A stretch of 58,148 bases of DNA, the filler included, from Dirinaria sp. TL-2023a (lineage: Eukaryota), in the NCBI GenBank assembly GCA_051941275.1. It is 3 parts of 3 records of this genome, joined end to end, with 100 filler letters (N's around TTAATTAATTAA, not from the genome) between each part and the next. Parts side by side here need not be neighbours in the genome. Positions count along the whole stretch, not along the records: positions 38,839 to 58,148 come from JAVEBF010000341.1; 2 more parts are not named here. The stretch is one strand, 5' to 3'. Within the stretch, counting starts at the first letter, position 1; the number at the start of each line of letters is the position of its first letter. A program made the translations under genes and the position numbers. The notes under the pieces were generated by a model. That model had not been told where the DNA came from, ran no database searches, and saw only the letters and a list, made by a program, of their open reading frames with translations. Positions 42,138 to 54,730 of this stretch are shown here, piece by piece.

Positions 42138-43775
42138 ATGCCCATCTTACATCCTAAATTGTTGTTTGGCAAATCTTTCAATGCATTTTTCCACGCATCT
42201 CCGTCTCAATGCCTCATTGTAGGCTTAGCTCTGTGTCTGGGAGCTCTTCTGACCTGGAGACTCTGGAGGTTTACCGTTACCCCATGGCTGCATCCCGATG
42301 AACCAGTCGAAGTCCCTTACTGGATACCCTTCCTAGGTCATGCACGCGCCTTTCTTTCGAACCAAGACGCACTACTCTCGTATGGGCGCGAGTATTTCAA
42401 GAACAGTAGAAAACCCTTTGCACTTACCTTGGGAAGAGAGAAATTGTATATCCTTACCTCCTACGATGATATCGTAGCTGCATACAAGAACAATACTACA
42501 TTGGATTACGGCCCTGTGATCGACACACTCATGGGTAGTTTCGGAGTCAGCAAGGAAAGCATCAAAAAGGTCTTTCAACCAACGGAAGAGTTCGTAGAGA
42601 GGACTCGTGCCTACAATCCGCACGGGAAGACCTTCTTCAAATTGAAAAGTGATTTTTACCACGCTCAGCTTCATCCAGGCCCTAAGTTTGAAACGACGCA
42701 ACAACAATTCCTTGACTTGCTCAGTGATGCCATGAGATTTGACAGGATTCCTGCCAGCGTAACCATTGAGTCGGCTGAGAAAACCAAATCTGTGTCGCTT
42801 TACCGTTTGTGCCAGGAGGTCTTTGTCAGAATAGGCACCAAAGTCTTTTTTGGAAACCAATTTCTGCACCTGAACCCGCGGCTAATCCACGACTTCATTG
42901 ATTTCGATGACTACAATTGGATGGTGTTTTATGATTGGCCACAGAGGGCGGTGGCTACGGATCCGATGCAGAAAGTCTTGGCCGTTCTCGAAGAGTACCT
43001 CAGCCTTCCCAAGGAAGAACGATCAGATGCTGCTTGGTTGATTGATATGATCGAGGAGGCCCAAGGGCAACTAGATATGCGCAAGCAAGACGTAGCCGTA
43101 GTGCTACTAATGCTTATGTGGGTGTAAGTACAATCCATCAATTATAACCTAAGTCTCGGTTGATTAATTCTTTTCCAAAGGATCAACACCAATGCTTATC
43201 GCGTTACCTTCTGGATACTGGCATACGTCTACCACTCAGAAGCACTCTTTTCCGAGATCAAAGCAGAGACCGCAGCTGCTTATAAAGCAGATGGATCGAT
43301 AGACGTCCCGTTGCTTATGAAGAGTTCTCCTAGGCTTGATTCGGTTTGGTTCGAGATTCTGCGCTTGACGAATGCTTCATCTGCTGTGCGAACCGCTTTG
43401 GAGCCGACACTAATCGGCGGCAAAGTTATGAAGCCTGGTTATAAGATCATGAGTCCTTTCCGTCAATTACACTTCGACAAAGCAGTTTTCGGAACTACAG
43501 CTGACAGATTTGATCCTGACCGTTTCATGAAAGATAAGGATCTTTCTAACCATCCGAGCTATAAACCTTTCGGCGGAGGAATGACCATGTGCCCTGGTCG
43601 CTTTGTGGCTCGCCAGGAGGTGTACATTTTCGTGGCTTTGATACTAAACCGGTTCGAAAGTAAGCTGACAAATAAAAACCAGCCTATGCCTAGGTTTGAG
43701 CTCAATACGCCGACAACTGGAATCATCAGTCCGGTACTGGGTGAGGATGTACAAGTAGCACTCCAAGCCAAGTGA
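42138..43775 (+). CDS. Cytochrome P450 of CYP7/CYP8-like type, 526 aa; exons 42138-43123 and 43181-43775
   Basis: PYWIPFLGHA, I-helix LMWV|INTNAY, K-helix EILR, FDPDRF, heme motif PFGGGMTMCPGR; GT-AG intron 43124-43180. Confidence 0.92.
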
Positions 43776-43980
43776 TTTGAAGTAGGCAGCAGTTAGTCAA
43801 TTACAGAGTTAGCACTCAATATAATTCAGCATAACTTATGCCTCGTCTTTCCCAGGGTGCCTACGCGAAGATGACCAGTTGCAGCCTGAATTGCATCGCT
43901 CCTTCAAGTGCTGTATGATGTATTGAACTTGACAGGCGAGTTGCGACCGTGTAACAGAGGTTGATAAGAGATTGACGTGC

Positions 43981-45842
43981 TTAATTCTGCTTCTTACACT
44001 TCTTCAGGTACTCATCCTTGATCCCGCTATAATCGGCCGCCACACAAGGTAAGAAGAAGTCTTGCCACCACCAGCGCCGTCGGTGTGATATCAGTCCTAC
44101 ATCTTGTACAATCTTGTCAGTGTAACCAACGAGATCCATATTGAAGTAATTACCAGCCGCACCATGGCTGGGGTACCGGCGATTCGAAAAAGCTGCCATG
44201 TATGCTATTTCTTGCTCGGCCTGATCCTGTAGTGGTAATTGGAAACTGCCATCCAGACAAGCCGTAGCAAAAATGGCTTGAGCTTCAGCAGTACGAAAGG
44301 CGTTCGGAAGGTAAGTAGCGCCGAGGAAGACAATAGAACTGTCCGTCAAGGGCGCTATACAGTTGTACAGACGTGTCGTGGTAGTTGCTTGTGGATGTTT
44401 GAAGCAAGCAGGAGGGTCGGCTAATTGTGGAAAGCGAGCAATGACTTGTTTGTCTGCGGCTTCAAGCAGCGACTTCCATTTTTGCGCAGCCTCAGGTGGA
44501 TCATCATCTTTCGCATGCGGAAGCCCGAGCTGGACGCTCTGTTGTGTAGACAGGAACGGGTATCTGGTAAGCCAGCCGGTGCCACAGAAAATTGCATCAG
44601 TCGTGACTTCCGATCCATTTCCGAGGATGATGGAATGTTCGCGGACGTCAACGATACCCTCACGATACACGAGCACGTTCCTTGCAATCGTATCCCAGAA
44701 GTCCTCAAGCTGGATCATACCCACTGGGCCCGTGCACCAGAAGATACTAGTAAAATTAGCAGGCAGTCGCAATCTATTGGTGGCTTGGTTGCTCACGCCG
44801 TATCCGATTTCAGCTTTTCAAAACCAGGGAGCGCTCCTTGTCGCTTTTCGAAATTGGCTTCTGTGCGACATGCCTCATCCGCTCCAAGCCATATCTGAGT
44901 GAGAATACGCCGACCAAAGGCAGTACCGTGGATAAGAGAGCTCAACCAATTGGGCTTTGTGAAACAGCTAGGGCTCATCAAAGTGGACATCATCCTCGTG
45001 GCAGCGATTTCGGGGCCATTTCTGTAAGGGCCTTTACCAGCGGCAGCAGCAAAAGCAGCCGGTCCTTCACCATCCTGTCGTATGATCCAGGCGACCTTTT
45101 TGCCCGCCTTAACAGATGCGTACACCATGTCAGCAGCAGACTTGCCGCCTCCAAGGACCGCGATTTTCTGGATAGATGAAGCCGCAAAGACTTCGCTTGA
45201 AGCTCTACCAAAATCTTTTTGATGAATGATGGGCCCTGAGAACATCTCTCTCCCAGGCAGAGCTGGCATAGCAGGACGAGAAGTATTGCCAGATGCAACT
45301 GCGACCCTTCGAGCTGCAATGCTTCGACCATCAGAGCCGTTTAACTTCCATATTCCCTCCGACTTTGCAATATTGGCGACTCTGAAACCAAACAATATGC
45401 GTTCTCGTAGGCTTTTCCCATTGTATACGTGATTTTCAACGTATTGTTCCAAATATTTGGTCACGTACTTTGCCTCAAAGATATCGTGGACGATTTTGAC
45501 GTCAGGGGGCAATTCGATGGCTTGATCGGAAAATCCAGCCATGCGTAGCCCACTTTGAGACCAGAAGCCATTGTAAAGGCGAGCTAATCAATCATCAAAA
45601 AAGGAGTTCTTTTCGAGAAAATGCTGCTCTGGAATTTGCTTTACAGGCGCCCCAGACTCCACCAACACATACATCGTCCTCCAAGACAGTCAAGCTACTC
45701 TCTGGATGGATATCCAGATAGAATCGGGCGAAAGCGATTCCGCTGAGACCTTGATCATGGGCGGTGAGTGGGTATCGAACGATGGTATGAGAACAGCCTT
45801 ACCTGCACCTATCACGACGACATCCTCTGGATTCTTTTCCAT
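43981..45842 (-). CDS. Flavin-containing monooxygenase (class B FMO-like), 565 aa; exons 45842-45803, 45749-45645, 45583-44797, 44746-43981
   Basis: FAD motif VVVIGAG|LSGI, GGVW, FMO fingerprint FSGPIIHQKDF, NADPH motif GGGKSAAD, DAIFCGTGW; three GT-AG introns in phase. Confidence 0.9.
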
Positions 45843-48800
45843 GACTGTTGATTCAGTGCAGACGAAAAGAGTGCACAGTGCGAAGGATCTTTACCTGCTT
45901 GGAAAAATTGTATCTCTTCAGACTGGGACTGGAGCCGTCCTGCGGAGCTGGGGGGTAGACGCCCGTACACTGCAGCAATGCAACACGCCAAGGTCATGCA
46001 TGAGAAGGCTTCAGTCTCATCTGAGGCTTCGAAGAGGGTTTTCCGTCTCTTTTTTTTGGGCTGTGCCTAGTATGTCACTAGGTAGTCGCAGAGCCCGACG
46101 GAGATGTTCATAGTGCAATATGAGAGTGTGAGATCGACTCGGGTCCATCGGCAGCTTCATCATGCAGGCTATTTCCGATGTTGTGATTGGTGTAGCTATT
46201 TGACCGGGCGCCGTCTGCACCGCTTCGTCACACATCATTTCTGTATCGAGACCCCCTCGACCGCGAAGAACAAAACAAAAGGTCGCTAAGGCGAACGCTC
46301 GATACGTACTCTCGGCATCACCGCGCCTTTAGCTTCGGTATTGGGCCCAGCTGGTTGGAGACTTAATCGATCGCTCTGTGAGAAAAGCCTTCTTGCTGCC
46401 AGAAGTCGTGGCCCGTAAACATCTACGACCCTTCTAGCTGCAGTCATCTTATCATTGAAGTGTTGACTTCGGCTGCCAAGGCTCTGATACGGGGAGCTAG
46501 ATGGCATGCAGGAGACGCCATAGGTATGAGATAAAATAGGCTAATGCCAGGTTGACAGGTGTGTATGTGGTGGGATATTCAGCGATGGGTGAATCTCGCT
46601 TACGTGCATGATCTGGCGTTTTGTGGCTGGTCTCGGCAGCTGCAATTCAAGAAAGAAATAGGTCGTCGAATTCTAGGTGGGGAATAGAATACGGGATCAC
46701 CGACATCTTCGACTAGAATAGATAGATAGTTGATAGTAAGTCTTACGTGTAAAGGCAACATGAACCGAAGGAGGTAGTTCAGTTAAAGTGAAGAAAAGTT
46801 CCCGGCCGTAGCATCGGCTGCATTCGGCACTCCAGGGCCTCCGTGACGGAGCAACGGAAGCAGATCCCGTGCGCCGGACATTAAATTCCCCGCGCTCGGC
46901 GAAATCTCAATTGGCCTGTTGCGGGCAACCCCCACTGTAACGCATCAGCTTCGTCAGCCTCGATATCTACATTAATCTACAACTTCAGCCTCTCTCTCAC
47001 TTGGTGAAGCTCGATAACATACATGTAGCCATTCAGCTTTGTGTTTCTGCATTATTACCGGTGACGGGAAACATCGAGGGTTGCATTTTGATGGTGTCAG
47101 ATTACCCGCCTTGGGCCGCGATCCACTATTTTCTGCCTAAAGGCCCGATTCGTGATCCAATGACAGCAAAGCATCGTCTAGATGTTCGGCTGTCGATCAG
47201 CAGCCACAAGCTGGCAAGGCCTCGTGTACAAATTCTCCGCTCGAACATTCAGGATCATATGCATCTATCAAGTAACGAAGTGATGATCATCGGACGAATC
47301 ACAAGTTCCGTACTGGTGTCGAGTATACGTGGATGTCATTGCCCTTGTTGCGCCGCAGAAGATTTTGTCGAGAGCTTCGAGGGTCCAAACATCCTGTTGC
47401 CAGTCGAGATAGAAAGGCCAAAAGGCACGCAGTCGCCTGAGCATGCAACCCATCTTTGGCGGCTGTCGAAAAGTCATTGAGGAGTTGGTACGCTGGCGTA
47501 TTCTTTTGTAGAGGAGCGTCTTAGCTGTATCCAGTCTCAGTACCGTATTACCCTGCTCAACGCTCGTAAAAGTGCTGCAGCTGTTTCATCATCACATCCT
47601 TGATTGTTTAGATCGGTTCAACGTCCAGAGCTGTCTTTGCAACTACTGTACGCGTGGAAAATTACCTTCTGAATTTCCAATCATGTCGTTGGCTGTAAAG
47701 CCTTGAGCCGACGTCTGACTTCTTCCAAAATTGAATTCTGTGCCAATGAAAGCTCCTTGATTGATTAACTTTGTCTGTCGTCCTTGCTAGCAATCGCGTA
47801 ATGACAAGTAACATACTCATGTTCATATGTGCGCCTTACGCATTTCCAAGCAGATCATGCAAGCTTGCAGATCAGAGTATGAAGACGTCAAATCGCTAGA
47901 TCTGCTTCGGGAAGGCGGCTTGGTGTGTCCTGTGAGGAGTAATATGCGCTGGTGTAACTATCAGTCTTCCCCTTACCCGAGGCTCGAACGTTCTATAGAA
48001 TGAATACTCAACATGGTGTGGCGGGTTGCGCGGCTTCTCCGCTAGTCATAGCAATGCAATGTCGTCTATGCTTGGCCATCACCTCAGTCTCGGCCGATGT
48101 CACTCTGTTTTCACTTTGAGCTATGGTGTACACCAGTGAGGACACAGAAACTCCTTCTTCACGGAAATATTTGCGACTGTAGCGTCTAGAGCCCTACATT
48201 ACCTAACAACGCTTAATATTTCGAGCAAGCATAGGTGCGGTGCGAATACGTATAGTGAATGTTCTGAGCCGGGGAAAATTGGCCATGATGGTGTGATCCA
48301 AAACCCTGGCTCTAAAGCCGATTCTAGCAGCATTTTCGAGAAGTGCCCAGCTTCTAAATCTTATTCAATCTAGACGTTGAGTGTCATCAGGTTGTTGCTC
48401 TATCTCAAGAACCATGTGGTACGAACATGCAGAATGAACTATGAATGCTGTTGTCAGGGATCTTCGTTGCACGCAATTTGTTTATGCATTAGCTTGGCCT
48501 ATTTTGATTAGTAATCAAGAAAGTGATTGGGAATCTCGAGAAAGCCACGAAAAAAGGCATTTTTTGCAAAGATTTATATGTACACTGCGCTTGATTGGTA
48601 CCATTTGGTCGATAATGTAATGTTGGCGTAGGCCATGCAGATAATCCCCATTCTCTTAGCCTTCTATCTCGTCTCCGCCACCAAGACAGCGAGAAAATCA
48701 AGCATAAAACGAGACTTTATAGCTTGAGCAAAAACTCAAAGCAAATATCATCATGCTGTTTCAACGATTATCGATTCATGACCTCAAGCCCAAAATAATA

Positions 48801-49886
48801 TAAAAAATCTAGGCCTTAAGATGAATTGATTGCTCTTATCTGACTCCCATTTTCCATTATCATTCATGCATTTATTTTGTCCCTCTATTTTCACGCTGTA
48901 TTCTTGATCTAGCGGGAGAAGTCTTGAGTCGCGCTCGAAACATTGTAAGGGTACTCGTGCGTCAAGGTCGAGGTCGTGGAACAATGTGATATATAAATTT
49001 CACTCTCACCTAAAGTAGGACGAAGGAAGTCATCTCGAAGACGTGTTGGTTTGATCTTGCTGTTGTTATGAAGAACAGCTAGGAAAAGTTCGTGGCACAT
49101 CGGAACAAATCTTGCCAGTGCCGGTCCTTGAGATAAAAGTAAGTCTAGCGATAGTTAGTGGCAAAGCAATCGAGTTATTTCCAGTCCCCGTGAGATATTT
49201 CCGCTATCCTCCATGATTTAGATGTGTACATGAGTATCATATTTGAAGTGGAGAACGAGCAAAAGAAGGAGAGAATAGATCCCACTTGGTCACCTTGTCA
49301 AAGCGATGACACTTTTAGAATCATGAGTATTCTACTTCAACCTTCCGAAAACTGAATGTCGCTGTGAATGCATCCTAGTCTCAATCTGATAGAACATGAA
49401 AGTCTCTATAATGACTCGATATACCATTTGAAACGAATAAAAAGAGTGAAAGAAAAAGAACAAAGCTCATCTTGTCCTTGGATTCACATCTCACCCATCT
49501 CCCCTGGTCAATCTGATGTTTAGCAATTGATACTTGAGCGAACGATTCAAGAGCCTTCAAGCGTGCAGCGAAACTGTATTAGCGAAGTCTGACTGACGTT
49601 TTCATATCAGGCCCACAGCACCACAGTCACGAGTATCGCAATATTGACGCTGCAGTACAGCTGTCAAGACGGTCTATGAGCAATTTGTAATTGACAATTT
49701 TGAAGGTGAACATTTTCGAGCTTTGATTGCTTTGAAGATCCGAACATAGACAGAGAACGAAATTTATGATCATGTCTCGATAGTTGTTGAAAAGGTTGTT
49801 CAGAGCAGCAAATGAATCGGTGGAAATTATGACGATGGAGAGTCTCGTAGCTATCTTGACTGATATGTCGTTCTGAAAGAGTATGC

Positions 49887-52822
49887 TTAGACTAATCCTG
49901 CGTCTTCACAGTATCCACTAGCTATGCATTTCCGATATTCCGTCGTGTCAGCACCGTTCTCGATAAAAACTCTGACAATATCCTCCCAACCCTCGTATTT
50001 GTAAATCGCTGTATGAGCTAACGGAGTCATGCCACTAAATTCAGCATCGATATCGGCCCCATTTTCTATCAAAAGTTTAACGACGGATGCATTTCTGGCA
50101 AAATGGAGCGTGGTTATTCCGTGATTCTTCACTGTCGCTCCGCTGTCAAGTAATAGCCGGGCACAATCCTCTCCATTGCGACGGGCTAGTACCGCGTACT
50201 CTAGAGCTCTAGAATTGCTCGTATTCTCTATATCCGTACGCGCATTCTTGTTGAGTAATAGCTGCAAAGTGCTCGAATGTCCTTCCCCGGCAGCAAGCAT
50301 CAGTGGTGTACTCCCTTCGCTATTTTGTCGGTTGATTTTGGCTCCTGCTCTAAGCGCAGAATCCACCAGCTCGTCTTGCCCTGCGTATGCAGCATAGTGA
50401 AGCGCAGAATTCCCATCGTCATCGAGGGTATCATTTGGAACGCCGGTGTCTAAAAGCAATCGGAATATAGTATTAAGACCCAGAACAGCAGTGAAGTGCA
50501 GAGGCTCAGAATTCACTGTAAAATCCGTATCGCGCGGGAGAATGAGCGCTGCACGCCTGTGATTTAGCCACTGTATTATCAATGGCGCTGCTTTCGGATC
50601 CTGCTCAAGGTCCCCACGGGCGTAGAAATACCAATTTCGACAGGCGTAGTCCTGGAACGATAATTCATTACGCCCTATACACCCGCTATACTGACAATTT
50701 GTTCTCCTATCCGAGTGCTGTACAGAAGGATTAAAACAAGCATAATCCTTGAGGAGAGGTTCTCGTGAGTCTTTGCAAATTTCACACTGTTCTAAGCTTA
50801 AGGCATCATATTGGAGATAAGTCAAACAAGCGATGAGAATATCTAATCTGGCACTAGGAAACATCTCCTGGCGAACGCTCATAATGTATTCCTGGGTCGT
50901 GCAGTGCACTAGTCGGATCACACGGCTGTCGTCCTCGACAGTTACCAGACCCCCACATACGGTGACGAGGACGCTCTCTTCGACTATGGCATCCCAGTCC
51001 ATTTCCTTAGTATCGGGCTCAACTGCGAGCGCATGCTGAAGTTCCGCAACTTCCATTGGCTGTCGAGAGTAGGAAAGCCATGAAAGGATTCGCTTAGCCA
51101 GTTGAATATCATCGGGGTCTTGATCAAAAATTCGCTGGAAGGTTTCTTTGTAGATATCGTTCAAGCTTATAGGTAGAGTTTCCAAAGCTTTACGGAGGTC
51201 CTTCCTATTTTGTTTCTTCGCTAGAGAATTCAAGTGCAACTCGACGCTCAGGAACCTTGAAGAGGACTTGGTGAGTATACATTTTACTGGATAGCTGCAG
51301 TACACAAAGAGTGGCACTCACATCCCTTTCGCGTTGTTCGCCAAGGTTTCAATAATAGACTGCTGCAGTGTCGTGTCCAGCTTGACTCGGAACCTCGCTG
51401 AAGCTGGTCCTATCAACTGAGACTCTAGGTACTGCCGGATGTCTTCGTCGGAAGCTCGAATCTCAACATGAACAGCATTTGGTAAGTTTCTCTCAATGCT
51501 CGCGTTATGCCTTGACGTTATCATCAACCTCGGCGATTGCTCTTTCAATAAGTTTTTAAAAAGAGCGATGAGAGGCGATCGATCGCCACTATCTGCGTGG
51601 AACTCATCGAGGGCGTCGACCACAAGAAAAACTCTTGAAAGTTTTTGGACCTCACCGCAGAGTACTTTGCAAAGCTTATCAAGTGCTGGCTGAGTGCGTC
51701 CCCCTTGGTGCTCTTCGTATACAATCATAACGTCTTTTGAAATATTTCCGCCCCTCAGCAGTATCTGCTGCAATAGAGCACCAACAATATTGGCCGCTGA
51801 TTGACTTTGCTGATCTTTGTAATCGTTGTAGACAAAGAGAATGGCGGTCTCCTCTTGACGAGCGAATTGTCGCCGCAGATAATCAACCACGATTGCTCTA
51901 GAGGTCTAAGTGTCAGTAACTAAGAATACCTCGCCTTGCAATAACTATCAACGAGACTTTGTATTTACGTCAGAGTAGTTTTACCTGCACCAGCTATTGC
52001 AATAATTTGGTGAGCGCTATTCCAAGAGAGGAAAGGGGGGACCGTACGAATTCCTGGACACCACAGCAATCTTTTATCGCCTGTAAGCCAACTCTCGAAC
52101 TCGTCTGATTCGAGAAGCCATCTCCCGGTTCCCTCGTGACGTCGGCTCAAGACATCAATCTGTTTCGATTCCGGGTTGAGAGGTGATAGCCACCTAAGGA
52201 CTTCTTGGTGCCTTTGGTCATTGCTTAATCTCGCAATTCCAGTAGATAAGCCTTTGACATCCTCACTCAGCTCGGTGACATTATGCTTTGTTGTCTGAGA
52301 AAGCACACGGAGCTCGGCGATATCTTGTTTAATTGCTTGGGAAAGTGCACTTGTCGCAAGAAATATAAGCATGGACTTTTTCGATTATCCGCCGAGCACT
52401 TACAAATTGTCCTCCTGGAGTGCAATACTGATCAACGTCTTCAGCCGCTCAATCATCATCAAGGCATCGTGGATCTTTTTCTTGTCGAAAGGCCAGACAA
52501 GCTTCTTGCCTACATCTTTCAGCGCTGCTTCCGGTTTGACCAGTCTTGCTAAGCCATCCAAGCTCGTCTTATATCGTTGTAAAGTGCCTCCAGACTGGTT
52601 TAGGGTGCGGACCCGATCGAACCAAGGGCTCGTCGGATCCGCAGTCTCGACCTTATCTCTCAGACTGATCAGTAAGCCTAGTAGGCTGAGGGTCTCCTGT
52701 GCCAGTTGCGTCCGCTCTTTCGGTGCATTCTTGACATCGTTAAGATATCCAATAGTCTTGGTGACGGTGCTCATCAACTGTACCAAGCTAGCTGTTAGGC
52801 CAATCGCGGAAATCGGGTCCAT
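49887..52822 (-). CDS. Fungal NLR-like protein: HeLo-like N-terminus, NACHT and ankyrin repeats, 896 aa; exons 52822-52404, 52349-52048, 51993-51969, 51897-51322, 51255-49887
   Basis: N-terminus MDPISAIGLTASLVQL...LVWPF; RHEGTGRWLL; Walker A GIP|GAGKT on a 25-nt microexon; Walker B FLVVDALDE; GMFL; ELQHALAV; ankyrin units GNSALHYAA, GSTPLMLAA, GMTPLAHTA. Four GT-AG introns in phase. Confidence 0.9.
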
Positions 52823-53998
52823 TATGCAAGGTTAAGTCGTTTGCGTGGCTGTAGTCTGGTGCGGCTTTCATTGCATCAGCCTAAAGTGTAAACCAAGTCG
52901 TGCCAGACGCTGATCCAAGCTAACCCGTGATATTAGGTAGCTACTGTGATTAATAAAATTGAACCTAGTGTTCTTGTTCTAGCTTCTCGTCGTGCGGGGC
53001 AAGGCTGAAGATATCTGAGGTACCTTACCTACCTTATGTACTTTAGCTACCTTAGCTCGTTAGCTGTGCCTCTGTTCAGCGCTAAGCCTTTCCTGGCGAT
53101 ACTGAAGGTGACAGGTGAGGTGCAGGGGGCTCTATACAACCCTAAGGTGCAAGAGGCAGCTGAAGGTTGTCTTTAGGGTTATAATATTTCTTGGCATACA
53201 TTGCTCCAAATTTCAAGGTCTCGCGTTAGATGCTCGTACCATCAGCTTTCAGATGCCACTAACTCATGGATCATCTCCCCAATAATAATCTCTTCTTGCA
53301 GCCTTTGAAGCTCGGTGAAGAGCACCTTTTCTCTTTGAACTCCGCGCAGTTGAAGAACTAACCTCGAGCCCATCTTGATTACATTGTCCCTAAGAATGGT
53401 GTGGATACTTCGTGTCAAGTGCTCAACCATGACTAGGACCAGACACGGATGAGACTTCTAGCAAGAACACGTTACTACCTACCTTAATCGCACCATGACA
53501 CTCATATGGCTCCCACCACAATTTCTTTCATCACTGAATGTGCGTGGTTTAGATGTCAACGCACTCTGTAATTCATATATGGCCCGACTTACGATATTTT
53601 TCTCTTCCCTCGAGGCCTACTGAAGTCTAAGAAAGAAAAATATATTGATGCTGGCATTTACTCATTGAAATGGTAACCATGTTTCACTTTGAGAGAGATA
53701 AAATGCCGGCGCTTGCAAATCCTTTGTTTCTCTTTCAGCCCCGGTACCAAAGCCGCAAAAGAAAGTTGAAGAACCAGAACAACGGCTTTGTTGAAAAACA
53801 TTTTGGCAGTCGACACAATGGCTTTGTCGAGGCTTGTGACAGTGTAGCACATCTGGGATCTACTAATAAAATGTCCCAGTTTCTTCGCGGAGCATTATTG
53901 AATACTCCCGTACCTTTTGGAGCCTTGTTGTAGATTGGTGTATGCTTTACTGAGCTCAAAAGTCACCCAGGCTGATCTCCAGCTTCGCCATCGCAGAC

Positions 53999-54730
53999 AT
54001 GACGGCACAAAGCACGCCCGGAAAGTATCCAACGTCACCTCTACATTACGAGCAATCAGATATTCGGCTTCCAGAACCTCCACGCTCGGCACCTTTCCAA
54101 GCGCCAGCCAGTCCGGGGTTCCAGCACGAGATACGCCCTCTCTTCAGCTCTTCCAGCTCAGAAGGTAAGAGCACAGGCTCCTCTAAGTCAGCAACCGGAC
54201 TCCGTTCGAACGGAGAGACTGCCGGAACTGCAGACACGAGTCTCGGGTCGGAGAAAAGCAGGCTAGCTGAATTGATCATAGCAGAGATCGATGCAGAGAT
54301 CGAAGCTTCTCAGCATGGAGAACAAGAAGAGTGCACAGCAATCTCCTTAGCAGACGATGCAGAAACTCAGCATACTTCTCTCGCGATCGCCGACGCCACC
54401 GCGCGGATCAAACAATTACGCGTCTCTTACGAATACATCGCCTACAGAAGCGATGTGGCTTTCAAAGCCCACCTCGCTAGGACATATCGTTCCCTTGTCC
54501 CTGTGAGAGCGGATGGCCGAATCGCAGCTTTCGAGCACTCTCCAGCGTACGGTCAATACCTGGAAGACATGGAGCTAGTGCGGCAGCATGGGCTCGAGCA
54601 CGATGCTGCGGCCCTTGAGAAAATGAGACCGGACGGTGTGGTTGGAGCCAAGAAGAAGAGAGAGAACGGGGACTGGATTCGGCAGTGGCATGAGCTGGGG
54701 GTTGGAGATAGAAAGAATTCTATGGATTAA
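53999..54730 (+). CDS. Hypothetical protein (243 aa; true start uncertain)
   Basis: Long ORF with natural composition: Ser/Pro-rich N-half and charged helical C-half. No recognised domain. Confidence 0.5.
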   Translation: MTAQSTPGKYPTSPLHYEQSDIRLPEPPRSAPFQAPASPGFQHEIRPLFSSSSSEGKSTGSSKSATGLRSNGETAGTADTSLGSEKSRLAELIIAEIDAEIEASQHGEQEECTAISLADDAETQHTSLAIADATARIKQLRVSYEYIAYRSDVAFKAHLARTYRSLVPVRADGRIAAFEHSPAYGQYLEDMELVRQHGLEHDAAALEKMRPDGVVGAKKKRENGDWIRQWHELGVGDRKNSMD

